Below the pieces are notes generated by a model, which searched no databases, was not told where the DNA came from, and saw only the letters and a program-made list of their open reading frames with translations. A program made the translations under genes and the position numbers. A stretch of DNA of 64,000 nucleotides from assembly GCF_009914755.1 (NCBI RefSeq), contig NC_060930.1; one strand, given 5' to 3'. This document shows positions 1 to 12,806 of this stretch, in pieces; the stretch's first letter is position 1, and each line of letters begins with the position of its first letter. The DNA is from the human T2T-CHM13v2.0 reference genome, Homo sapiens.

Positions 1-300
1 ACGAGGTCAGGAGATCGAGTCCATCCTGGCTAACAAGGTGAAACCCCGTCTCTACTAAAAATACGAAAAAAAACCAGCTGGGCTTGGTGGCAGGCGCCTG
101 TAGTCCCAGCTACTTGGGAGGCTGAGGCAGGAGAATGGCGTGAACCCGGGAGGCGGAGCTTGCATGAGCAGAGATTGTGCCACTGCACTCCAGCCTGGGC
201 AACAGAGCAAGACTCCGTCTCAAAAAAAAAAAAAGAAAGAAAGAAAGAGAAAGAAAGAGAGCAAAAAGGAAGCAAGAAAGAGAAATAAGAGCAAGAGGAT
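1..300 (+). mobile_element. AluY-type element (5' part outside window) with A/GA-rich tail
   Basis: GAGATCGAG..CCATCCTGGCTAAC and GGAGAATGGCGTGAACCCGGGAGGCGGAGCTTGC diagnostics; poly(A) at ~222. Confidence 0.92.
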
Positions 301-1149
301 GAGGCTTCTGAGAAGAATGTTTTCATAAGAAAAATAAACGCATGGAAGACCTGATGCATTTTAATATAACCACAGGAGATTTTCAGGTCTGTTGAAGGGC
401 TTCCAGATGAATTGTTGCTCAGTACATAGACAAATAAGGAAATAAAAAGTGAGCCAAGAATTAATTCCAATAAAAACAAAAAGCTATAAAAGAAAATGAA
501 ATCATTTACTATAAGACACAGGTGAGAACAATACAGATAGTTATCATATTGTAAAATGTGAATATTGATATAGCCAGAAAGAGTGACAGAACACCATTGG
601 GAAGTTGAGAAGAAGAGAAGTGTCTACGTGTGCATGTGTGCTTGGCCATGTGCACACGTGTGCAGGTCATGCGTGTGAGTGTTTGCATAAGTTGGGTGAG
701 TGAGATGGATGTCAAAGTTACATCCTTATCTCCCGTGGTATGAAGTCAATATAAAATCAAAAACTCAAGAAAAAAAAGGCACATTACTTTGAATTATGGA
801 GGTGAATATCAGAAGAAACAACTAGAATAGTTGTCAGTAATTAGTTCAGGAGCCTGGACACAAATGGTGAGGAGAGAATGGGTAGGGCTTCCTGTTTTCA
901 TGCTAAGCTCTTTGTAGCATTTGACTTTTTAAGTCAGCATACGTAATATTTTGACTTGTTTTTAAAAAGAACAGAAAAAGCTTGGGAAAATATTTGCCAT
1001 GTTTCTGCAAATGAGTTAATAGTCATTAGGTTTTAAAAGAAATACCTCTAATTATATTTAGTAGTATTTACAATGCTGTTGTAAAAAGGGTTTTACAGTT
1101 TTTTCAAGTGAGAATGATTGCGAACACCTTAACAAAATTTTGATTTTGT

Positions 1150-2190
1150 CTGTTATAGAAACACATTTTTTATTTGGAAACATTTTAAACATTTAGAAAA
1201 GTATAAAGGGTCCAATATACACATTTCTGTACCCACCAACCAAAGTAAAAAACAAATGATAATTTTATCATTTCCCTTCAGTTTTTTGTATCAAAGAAAT
1301 AGAATGTTATGGACAAATTTGAAGTCTTTTTCATTCTCCTCTAGTCTCATTCCCTTTCACCACCTCTGAAGGCAATTCTCATTACGAATTTGGTGCATAC
1401 ATTTCCAGTCCACATTTTATGCTTTCATTACATATGGAAATATTCTCATAAACCATGTAATATATTCTTGCACTGTTTTTAGTATTTTGTAAATATATTC
1501 ATATGGTGTAAATTAGTTGGCAACTGCATCTGTCATCTAAAATTCTTTAAATGTATCTATGTTAATACATATAGATCTAGTATATTGGTTTTAACTGCTC
1601 TATAGTATTCCATGGTTTCAGTTTTTTGTGTTTTTTTTTTTTTGAGACAGAGTCTTGCTCTGTCACCCAAATTTATTTATCTAAAATTTATCTAATCTCC
1701 CATTCATGGACATTTAGATTGCTTCCAATTTTTTACTATTAAAAATTACTTCAATGAAGATATCTGTAACTATCTCCTAGTACACATATTAAAACTTCCT
1801 CTGGCATGTAAACACAGAAGTTGAATTTCTGGTCACAGGTTATGCACATTTTCAACTTTTCTCAATCTTACAAAATTGTTCTTCCAAATCATTTAGGTAA
1901 TGTACACTCTCACGAGCAGCTTATGGGCAGCTTAAGTAATCCCATGGAGTTACTGAAGTATTACCAAGGTATCTCACTTTGCCAGTCTAGTAGTTATGAA
2001 ATAGTACATTATTATTTTAAGTACCTTTTATCTGAAATTTAGTGAAGTTAACCATCTTTTCTTATGTTTCTTGGCTGTTCAGGTTCCTGGTTTGTGAATT
2101 GCCTGTTCATATTCTTTGCCTATTTTTCTCTTGGGTTAGTTTCTGTTTCTAACTTCTTTATAGAAACCTTTTAAATTCTGGACACTAATT
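1150..2190 (-). mobile_element. Old L1M (L1ME/MC-like) 3' fragment with a short Alu tail fragment at ~1621-1670
   Basis: Degenerate antisense L1 3' motifs (TATAGTATTCCATGG, GGACATTTAGATTGCTTCCAATT, TGCCTGTTCATATTCTTTGCC). Confidence 0.6.
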
Positions 2191-2216
2191 TATACACACA
2201 CACATACACACACACA

Positions 2217-4596
2217 AAAGCATACCTCAATTTACTGTGCTTCACTTTATTCAACTTTGCAGATATTACTTTTCTTACAAATTGAAAGTTTGTGGCAACC
2301 CTGCTTTATGCAAGTCTATTAGCACCATTTTCCAACAGCATGTGCTTACCTCATGTCTCTGTCATTTTGGTAATACTCTCAATATTTTAAACTTTTTTAT
2401 TATTTTTATATATATTATGGTGATCTATGATCAGTGATCTTTGATGCTACTATTGTCATTCTTTTTGGAGTGCCACAAACTGCACCCACGTAAGACAGCA
2501 ATCTTAATTGATAAATGTTATATAGTATTCTGACTGTTCCACCAACCAGCCATTCCCAAGTCTCTCTTTCTCTTCTTGGGCTTTCTTGTTCCCTGAGACA
2601 CAACAATATTGAAATGAGGCCAATTAATAACCCTACAATGGCCTCTAAGTGATCAAGTGAAAAGAATAGTCATATGTCTCATTTTAAATTGAAAGCTAGA
2701 AATGATTGAGTTTTGTGAAGAGGACATGTGGAAAGCCAATATAAGCCAAAGCCTAGGCCTCTTGCACAGCCAAGCTGTGACTGCAAAGGAAAAGTTATTG
2801 AAAGAAATTAAAAATGCTACTCCATTGAACACATGAATGATAAGAAAGCAAAACAGCCTTATTGCTCATATAGAGAAAGTTTGAGTGGTCTGAATAGATT
2901 TCTTTAAGCCAAGGCCTAATCCAGAGCAAGGCCATAGCTCTCTTCAATTCCATAGAGCCTGAGAGAGGTAAGGAAGCTGCAGAAGAACAGTTTGAAGCTA
3001 GCACAGGTTGGTTCATGAGGTTTAAGGAAAGAAGTCATCTCCATAATATAAAAGTGCAAGCAAAGCAGCAAGTGCTGATGGAGAATCTGCAGCAAGTTAT
3101 CCAGAAGATCTAGCTAAGATCATTGATGAAGGTGGACACATGAAATAACAGATATTCAATGAAGGTGAAACAGCTTTCTATTGGAAGAAGTTGCCATCTA
3201 GGACTTTTCATTGCTGGAGAGGAGAGGTAAATGCCTGGCTTCAAAGGTTAGGCTGACTCTCATGTTAGGGGCTAATGCAGGTAGTGACTAAGTTGAAGCC
3301 AAATGCTCACTGACCATTCCAAAAATCCTAGGGCCCTTAAGAATTATGCTAAATCTATTCTGCCGGTGCTCTATAAATGGAAAAACAAAACCTGGATGAC
3401 AGCACATCTGTTTACAGAATGCTTTACTGGATATTTTAAGTGCACTTTTGAGACCTATTGCTAAGGAAAAAAGATTCCTCTCAAAATATTACTGCTCATT
3501 GACAATGTGCCTAGTCACTCAAGAACTCTTATGGAGATGTACAAGGAGATAATGTTGTTTTCATACCTCTTAACACAACATCCATTCTGCAGCCCACCGA
3601 TCAACGAGTAATTTTGACTTTTTAAGTCTTATCATTGGAGAAATACATTTTATAAGGTCATCAATGCCATAGATATGGATTCCTCTGATTGATCTTAGCA
3701 AAGTAGATTGAAAACCTTCTGGAAAGAACTCACCATTCTAGATCCCATTAGGAAGATTTATGGGTCATGGGAGGAGGTCAAAATATCAACACTAACAGAA
3801 GTTTGAAAGGAGTTGATTTCAACTGTTATGGATGACTTTTAGAGGTCCAAGGCTTCAGTGAAGAAAGTAACTCCAGATGTAGTGGAAAGAGCAAGAGAAC
3901 TAGAATTAAAAGTGGCACCTGAAGATGTGACTGAATTGCTGCAATCTCACAATCTAACTTGAACAGATAAGGAGTTATTTCCTATGGGTGAGCAAAGAAA
4001 GTGCTTTCTTGGAATGGTATGTACTCCTGGAGAAGACGCTGTGAACATTGTTGAAACAACAACGAAGGATTTAGAATAGTATATAAATGTAATGGATAAA
4101 GTAGCAGCAGGGTGTGAGAGGATTGACTCGAATTTTAAAAGAAGCTTTATTATGAGTAAAACACTACCAATGAGCACTGCATGCTACAGAGAAATCCTTT
4201 GTGAAAAGATGAATCCATTGATGTGGCAAACTCCACTGTTGTCTTATTTTTTTAAATTGCCAGAGCCATGCCAATCTTCAGCAACCACACTCTGATTAGT
4301 TGGCAGGTATCAGCATCAAGGCAAGACCCTCCACAACAAAAAGATCATAGCTCACTGGAGCCTCAAATGATTGTTAGCAGTTTTTTTTTTTTTAGCAATA
4401 ATGTATTTTTAATTAAGGTGTGTACTTTTTTAAACACAATGGTACCACACACTTAATAGACTACAGTATAGTGTAAATGTAACTTTTATATGCACTAGGA
4501 AACAATAAAATTTCTGTGACACAATTTATTGCAATATTTGTTTTCTTGCATGTGTGGTGGTCAAGAACGAAACCTACAATATCATTCGGGTATGCC

Positions 4597-4598
<2 letters not shown>
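2217..4598 (+). mobile_element. Tigger1 DNA transposon, near full length, dead pogo-like transposase
   Basis: Ends (A)AGCATACCTC... and ...GGTATGCCTG; ~2.38 kb. Transposase start ATGGCCTCTAAG at 2638 is followed immediately by TGA. Confidence 0.93.
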
Positions 4599-4660
<62 letters not shown>

Positions 4661-4900
4661 TATATATACACACATATATATACACACATATATACACATA
4701 TATACATATATACATATATACATATATACACATATACATATATATACATATATACATATATATACACATATATACATATATACATATATACATATATATA
4801 CACACACATATATACACACACACATATACACATACACACATATATGTATGTGTCTGTACACATACATATATTATATAAAATATATGTATATATATATCTA
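4599..4900. repeat. Compound (TG)/(TA)n/(CA)/(TACA) microsatellite
   Basis: Read directly. Confidence 0.97.
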
Positions 4901-5019
4901 TCTTGGTTTTCTAAATGACTGCATGACTAAAAATTTAAAAACACCTAGAACTAATAGCACCATAAAGGCCTTAGAAAGCAATATTGCAGTATATTTGAAA
5001 AACTGTAAGATGAAGGAAA

Positions 5020-5200
5020 GCACTTATTACATGCTAAGTACTGGAATATCTCATTTAATCATTTTAGCAAACCTGTGAGATTGATATATTTTTCCACTTT
5101 GCACATAAGTAAGCTGAAGTTCAGTGAAGTCAAACCCACTGCTTGGGCCATGCCATTAACTCGTGAAAGAGGCACGATTCTCTTTGATAAACGAAGTTAC
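5020..5200 (-). mobile_element. MIR SINE
   Basis: TCTCATTTAATC...AACCTGTGAG...GCTGAAGTTCAG core. Confidence 0.6.
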
Positions 5201-5579
5201 TATTTTTTCACAACACTACACTGGCTCTCATTAAAATATTGATTCTTTATAACCTACCAGTTCCACGCCTAAAAATCTATTCCCAAAGAAAGAAATCTAA
5301 TAGATAAATGCAAATGTTTATTGCAGCATTTATGGCTAGTGGCAAAAATACTATAAAAATCGAATCCCTCCGCATAAGGGAATGACTTAGTAAGACACCT
5401 CTGCTAATGCAGTCTGAGGAATTAATAACCACGTCCTGTCAAGGAGAGTCCTTGCTACATCTGTTACTGGGTAACAAGCAAATAATTCTTTAGTGATGAA
5501 GACAATCCATTGTGGTGGCAGATGAGTTTGTAGTTGCTTGAAGTGACATTCTGTGGGCCACAGAGGCAAATACTGTAAG

Positions 5580-5720
5580 GGATTCATTCATTCATTCATT
5601 CATTCAGCAGCAGTAATAAGCACCAGTAGGCACAGACATTATGCTCTATGCAGGTGATAAAATACAAAGACATGCCCATCAGCCTTAAGGAATTTGCATA
5701 TAGCATGATGAAACAAAAAC
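5580..5720 (-). mobile_element. L2 3' end with (TTCA)n tail
   Basis: (ATTC)6 followed by AGCACC..TAGGCACAGACATTATGCT. Confidence 0.6.
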
Positions 5721-6304
5721 ATCAATGTTGAGGGGTCAACATTTACACACTGTGACAAGCAAAACATAGCTCTTGTATTTTCCATACCAATACCAGCTTG
5801 CCCTTGGGTAATGGTGGGGCAGTGGGGGAAGTTGGAGCTAGACTTAAACTTGCCAGTGAAAGGCAATTTAGCTTGTTCTTGTTTAACAGTCTCATTTAGG
5901 TGACCTTAATTCCTTTAGAGGTAAATATTTCATTACCCAAACTCCAAACTTCTTTGTCCTTTCCTCAAGGGTCCCCATCTATGTCCTGCTTCCCCGGGAG
6001 ACACCTGTAAGCAGGGAGCATTTACCTGTCTGTGGGAAAGAGGTGGTCTTCACAATCGATGAATCATAATCCTCATAACTGATTATCATCATCGATAATT
6101 TACTGTCAAAGGCCCATTCCTGAGATGAAGACTGCTCTGCTTTCTTGATTCTAGAAAGGCATGGAGTTGAATTTTCAGGGCCCTTGGCCACGAACAGCTG
6201 CTGGCATGGCCACTCCTTGGCCTTAGCTGGTGCTATAGGAACCTGTAGCTCCTAGGTGGTGAGATGTCAGAAAGGCTACAAGACTGGCTGTCTTGCTAGA
6301 TGGC

Positions 6305-6510
6305 CTGAGGTTGAGCCTCAGCCCTGCCATTAACTACCTCTGTGATTTTAGCAAAGTTACTTCTTCCCTATGCCTTAGTTTCTTCATCTGTGCAATGAAA
6401 TAATTTTTTAAATATCCATCTTGTTGGGTGATCAGGAAAATTAAACGAGATAATGCATATAAACAGGCATAGAGCAATATCTGCAATATTATATGTGCTA
6501 AATAAATATG
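6305..6510 (+). mobile_element. MIR SINE
   Basis: CTGTGATTTTAGCAAAGTTACTT...AGTTTCTTCATCTGT...AAACGAGATAATGCATATAAA. Confidence 0.75.
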
Positions 6511-6592
6511 AACTACGTTTCTAGCCTCTGAACTCATCAGGTGATTTGATAGCCCCATTCATCTTTCTTCAGCAGCACCGCCTGACATAATG

Positions 6593-6632
6593 GTGTGTGT
6601 GTGTGTGCGTGTGTGTGCGTGTGTGTGTGTGT
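6593..6632. repeat. (TG)n microsatellite
   Basis: Read directly. Confidence 0.95.
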
Positions 6633-7092
6633 AGGGGAAGATCTAAATCCCTTCCATGCCACCTGAGAGAGGTGGCTTCTTTCTAAAATTCTCAGTGGGA
6701 AGCAGGATGCAAGACACCACACACACCCCTACGTATTATTAGCTTCCCCCTCTATTGCTTTGTAATTTCTACTCTAATTCCTCTTCTCAACCCGGACCTT
6801 GGGGACGTACGATTTTTAAGCCTGACCTTTTGCCTTGGTCTACCCTCGAGACTTCCACCCGTAATTCCTCCTTTCAAGCGGAAAGCTTTCTGAGTCTTTC
6901 TGTTTAGTGGGAACTTTGCATAAATCATATCCCGAGTTCTCTACCTATGGCTTAGAGCAAAACTTTGTTGTTACCTGGCAAGAGCAAAGCATACTGCCAT
7001 GCTTTGCTCTTACCAGATAACTCAAGGATGTTTAGAATATAGAAATCCTTTTCTCTTCCAATTAGACTGACTTCAAAACGCAGGAGACTCCA

Positions 7093-7300
7093 CCTAACAC
7101 AAAGAAATGACAAATGCTTGAGGTGATGGATATCCCAATTACCCTGACTTGATCATTACACATTGTATGCCTATATCAAAACAATTACCCTGATTTGATC
7201 ATTACAGTATATATGTCTGTATCAAAACACCACATGTACCCCATAAGTAATACAATTATTAGGTACTCAAAATAATTTTTAAAAATCATTTTAAAGATTT
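7093..7300 (+). mobile_element. L1MA-type 3' end with internal 46-bp tandem duplication
   Basis: ACACAAAGAAATGACAAATGCTTGAGGTGATGGATATCCCAATTACCCTGA...CATGTACCCCATAA. Confidence 0.8.
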
Positions 7301-7921
7301 GAAATTTTTTTAAAAAGAGAATCAGACAGACAGACAAGGAGACAGATCGCTATTTCCATAGAATGGTCTAACTTTGACAGAGTACGCAGTTTTCTCAGTG
7401 CAATTTGCTCTTTAATCATCCCATGAACCTCCCTTCCCATGGTGAGCGTACTGTGCTGTGTCTCCTGATCTCGACAATTACCTCAAGGATGACACTCAAA
7501 AATCAATGTGTCCTCTGAAATAGGATGAAATGAAGATTTTAAAGCTACATACTGACACGTACATCCATGTGGTTTTCATTTTTTCAATCTCTTTAAAGAA
7601 CTGTTTCACCGATATTATCAGAGTTGATGTTTTTTACTGTTTTTCTAATTAAGTTTCCTAATGGATTTGAGTACCAATTCAAGATTAAATTTTTTAAAAA
7701 AGAAAGGAAAAAACCTCAGGAGACTCAAGTCAGCTTGGAGACTCACATCTGGTCAATTATCTCTTTATTTTTGTGTTTTATATCCTCTCTCTGAAGGGGG
7801 AAATGCTATACACACCCCTATACGTTATTAGCTTCCCTCTTCCCTCTCCTCTTCTCTGTGATTTCTGCCTCTCTTTGATTGCTCTTCTCAACCCAGAGAG
7901 AACCACAGCACCATAGGATTA

Positions 7922-8256
<335 letters not shown>

Positions 8257-8329
8257 AATGTTTCAAACACTACACCCATTATATGTAAATATATACAAAT
8301 TATAACAAATTATACAAATTATAAATTCC

Positions 8330-8520
8330 TTGAACACTTCCTGTGTGCCAGGCATTGCGCTGAGCTCTTTTCTTTCAATCTATTCTCACAACTACAATTA
8401 TCCCCATGTTATAGGTAAATCAAATGAGCATTAAAGATAATAAATATTTGCTGAATGTCACACCACTAGTTATGAGTGAAGATGTGTGACAGCAGAGTCT
8501 GCTTGCAATCACGGTGCTAT
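8330..8520 (-). mobile_element. MIR SINE
   Basis: TGTGTGCCAGGCATTGCGCTGAGC...CTCACAAC...TCCCCATGTTATAG. Confidence 0.55.
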
Positions 8521-9007
8521 TTTGTTTCATACAGATGCAATGATGCAGTGTAAGAATGATTTGATGGGCCTGCTTGGGCCAGAGCTTAGTGGCTAGCTAG
8601 TGTCAGTGCTTCCGGGAGAGGTGGAAACAATTCTGGATAACATAAGGTAAAGAATTTGAGTATTTTGAGAGACTTCAGAAGAGAAAGAATGGGAAAGGGT
8701 AAGTGGATGGTAAGATGACCACTGTTCACTGTGACCCACCTCTTCCCTAAATCAACAGTGAAAGTCACAAACATTGAGAAATGCTTGTGCTCTCTGAGAT
8801 CTTGTAAAAACATTAAAAGCTGTTGAGTCCTGCACTCAGGTGCATGTGGGAACAAAACAGGAGTCAAATAGTTGTGGAGACAGAGGGAAAATGGAAACTG
8901 TAAGTCCAAGGGTTTTTGACAAAATCTGGGGGAACATTGCTATGAGCCGTATCCAGCCTTTGAATTTGTCTTCTTAAGAAAATTTCACCTAAAATACAAG
9001 GGATGAT

Positions 9008-9605
9008 GTATTAGTCTGAATTCTCCAGAGAAACAGAACCAACAGCATGGAATATATACATGTATATAGAGAGATACATAGATTTCTTATAATAAACTAT
9101 GACTCATATATAAAATTTGTTATATAATAATTATATTATTATATATTATCTGTGATTTTATATATTCATAATTTATTATAACAAATTTTAAATCTTATAA
9201 ATAAATAGGGTTTATATATAAAGGCATTTATTGTAAGAAATTGAATCATGTGTTTATGGGGGCACAGAAGTTCCAAGATCTGCAGTCAGCAAGCTGGAGA
9301 CCCAGCAGAACCCATGCTGTAAGTTCAAGTCTGAGTCTATGGGAGGAGAAGAACGATGTTTCAGCTCAAAGACAGTAAGGCAGAGAAGTAAATTCTTCCT
9401 CACTCTACCTTTTTTGTTCTATTCAGGCCTTCAATGGTTTGGATGAGGCTCACTCACATTGAGCAGAGCAATCTGCTTTACTCAGTCCATCAATTCAAAT
9501 GTAAATCTCACCCAGAAACACCCTCACAGACAAGTTCAGAAAAAATGTTTCACCAACTATCTGGGTACCCCCATGACCCAGTGAAGCTGACACATAAAAT
9601 TAGCT
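9008..9605 (-). mobile_element. MLT2 (ERVL) solo LTR with AT-rich expansion
   Basis: TGTATTAGTC...TCTCCAGAGAAACAGAACCAA and ...GTGAAGCTGACACATAAAATTA ends. Confidence 0.85.
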
Positions 9606-11091
9606 TTTGTGATAGGGAACCCCAAAATTGTATCTTGCTCATATTTAAGACATAGAAAAAAGGGCTCATTCAGTTGAGATGTTTTCCTAGCAGGTTAGGA
9701 AGTATGATGCATTATCTAAATAATGACAGCTGGGAATATTTAGGTTGGGGGAGGGAGAGAGTCCAAGATATGTATTTTTATTTTTTAAATATTTTAATGT
9801 TAAAATTTATATATTATATTTATATCTAATATTAAGGGTTATAAATAATTAATATTTAACTATAAAGATAAAATATAAAATACTTGTTTTAAATATTTTA
9901 TTTTTAATGTTAAATAACTTAATATTTTATTGTGAAAAATATTTCAATATTATTTTAATATTTTAATTTAATTATTTTATATTTTTCTATTTTTATTGAG
10001 AACTTCAGCAAGGGTTCTGTGTCCCCACCCAAATCTCATCTTGAATTGTAGCTCCCATAACTCCTACAGGTTGTGGGAGGAACCCGGTGGGAGATAACTG
10101 AATTATGGGGGCAGTTTCCCCCCATACTGTTCTCATGGTAGTAAATAAGTCTCACAAGATCTGATGTGTTTATAAGGGGTTCCCCTTTCACTTGGCTCTC
10201 ATTCTCTCTTGTCTGCCGCCATGTAAGATGTGCCTTTCACCTTCTACCATGATTGTGAGGCCTCCCCAGTACTGTAAGTCCATTAAGCCTCTTTTTCTTT
10301 ATAAATAACCCAGTCTCAGGTATGTCTTTAACAGCAGCATGAAAACAGACTAATACAGTAAATTGGTACCGGTAGAGTGGAGTGCTGCTGTAAAGATACC
10401 CAAAAATGTGGAAGTGACTTTGGAACTGGGTAACAGGCAGAGGCTGGAACAGTTTGGTGGGCTCAGAAGAAAACAGGAAAATGTGGGAAAGTTTGGAACT
10501 TCCTAGAGGCTTGTTGAATGGCTTTGACCAAAATGCTGATAGTAATATGGACAATAAAATCCAGGCTGAGGTGACCTCAGAGGGAGATGAGAAACTTGTT
10601 GGGAACTGGAATAAAGGTGACTCTTGTTATGTTTTAGCAAAGAGACTGGTGGCATTTTGCCCCTGCCCTAGAGATTTGTGGAACTTTGAACTTGAGGGAG
10701 ATGATTCAGGGTATCTGGCAGAAGAAATTTCTAAGGAGCAAAGCATTCAAGAGGTGACTTGGGTGCTGTTAAAGGCACTAAGTTTTAAAAGGAAAACAGC
10801 ATAAAAGTTTGGAAAATGTGCAGCCTGAATATGTGGTAGAAAAACAAAAAAAACATTTTCTAAGGAGAAATTCAAGCCAGCTGCAGAAATTTGCATAAGT
10901 AACAAAAAGCCAAATATTAATCACCAAGACAAAGGGGAAAATGTCTCCAGGGCATGTCAGAGACATTTGCAGCAGCCCCTCCCATCACAAGCCCAGAGGT
11001 CTAGGAGGAAAAAATGGTTTCATGGGCTGGCCCAGGGCCCCCCTGCTATGTGCAGTCTAGTGACTTGGTGCCTTACGTCCCAGCCACTCTA

Positions 11092-11547
<456 letters not shown>

Positions 11548-12414
11548 CTAGATTTCAGAGGATGTATGGAAATGCCTGGATGTCTAGGCACAAGTTTGCT
11601 GCAGCGGCAGTACCCTCATAGAGAAGCTCTGCTAGGGCAGTGTAGAAGGGAAATGTGGGATTGAAGGCCCCACACAGAGTCTTCACTGGGGTACTGCCTA
11701 ATGGAGCTGTGAGAAGAGGATCACCGTCCTCCAGACCCCAGAATGGTAGAACCACCAGCAGCTTGCATTGTGCACCTGGAAAAGCTGCAGACACTCAATG
11801 CCAGCTCACGAAAGCAGCCAGAAGGGAGGCTGTACCTTGCAAAGCCACAGGGGCAGAGCTGCCCAAGACCATGGGAACCCACCTCTTGCATCAGCATGAC
11901 CTGGATGTGAAACATAGAGGCAAAGGAGATCATTTTGGAGTTTTAAGATTTGACTGCCCCACTGGATTTTGGACTTGCATGGGGCCTTTAGCCCCTTCAT
12001 TTTGGCTCATTTCTCCCATTTGGAATGGGTGTATTTATCCAATGCTTGTACCTCCATTGTATCTAGGAAGTAACTGACTTGCTTTTGATTTTACAGGCTC
12101 ATAGGCAGAAGGGACTTGCCTTGTCTCGGATGAAACTTTGGACTGTGGACATTTGAGTTAATGCTGAAATGAGTTAAGACTTTGGGGGACTGTTGGGAAG
12201 GCATGATTGGTTTTGAAATGTGAAGACATGAGATTTGAGAGGGCCCAGGGGTGGAATGATATGGTTTGGATGTGTCCGCACCCAAATATCATTTTGAATT
12301 GTGGCTCCTATAATTCTTACATGCTGTGGGAGGGAACTGGTGGGAGATAATTGAATCATGGGGGCAGTTCCCCATACTGTTCTCCTGGTAGTAAATAAGT
12401 CTCATGAAATACGA

Positions 12415-12806
<392 letters not shown>

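Noticed and set aside
4461-5078. Six overlapping ORFs of 93-174 aa rich in Y/I/H/T
   Set aside because: Translations of the TA/CA microsatellite, which lacks stop codons.
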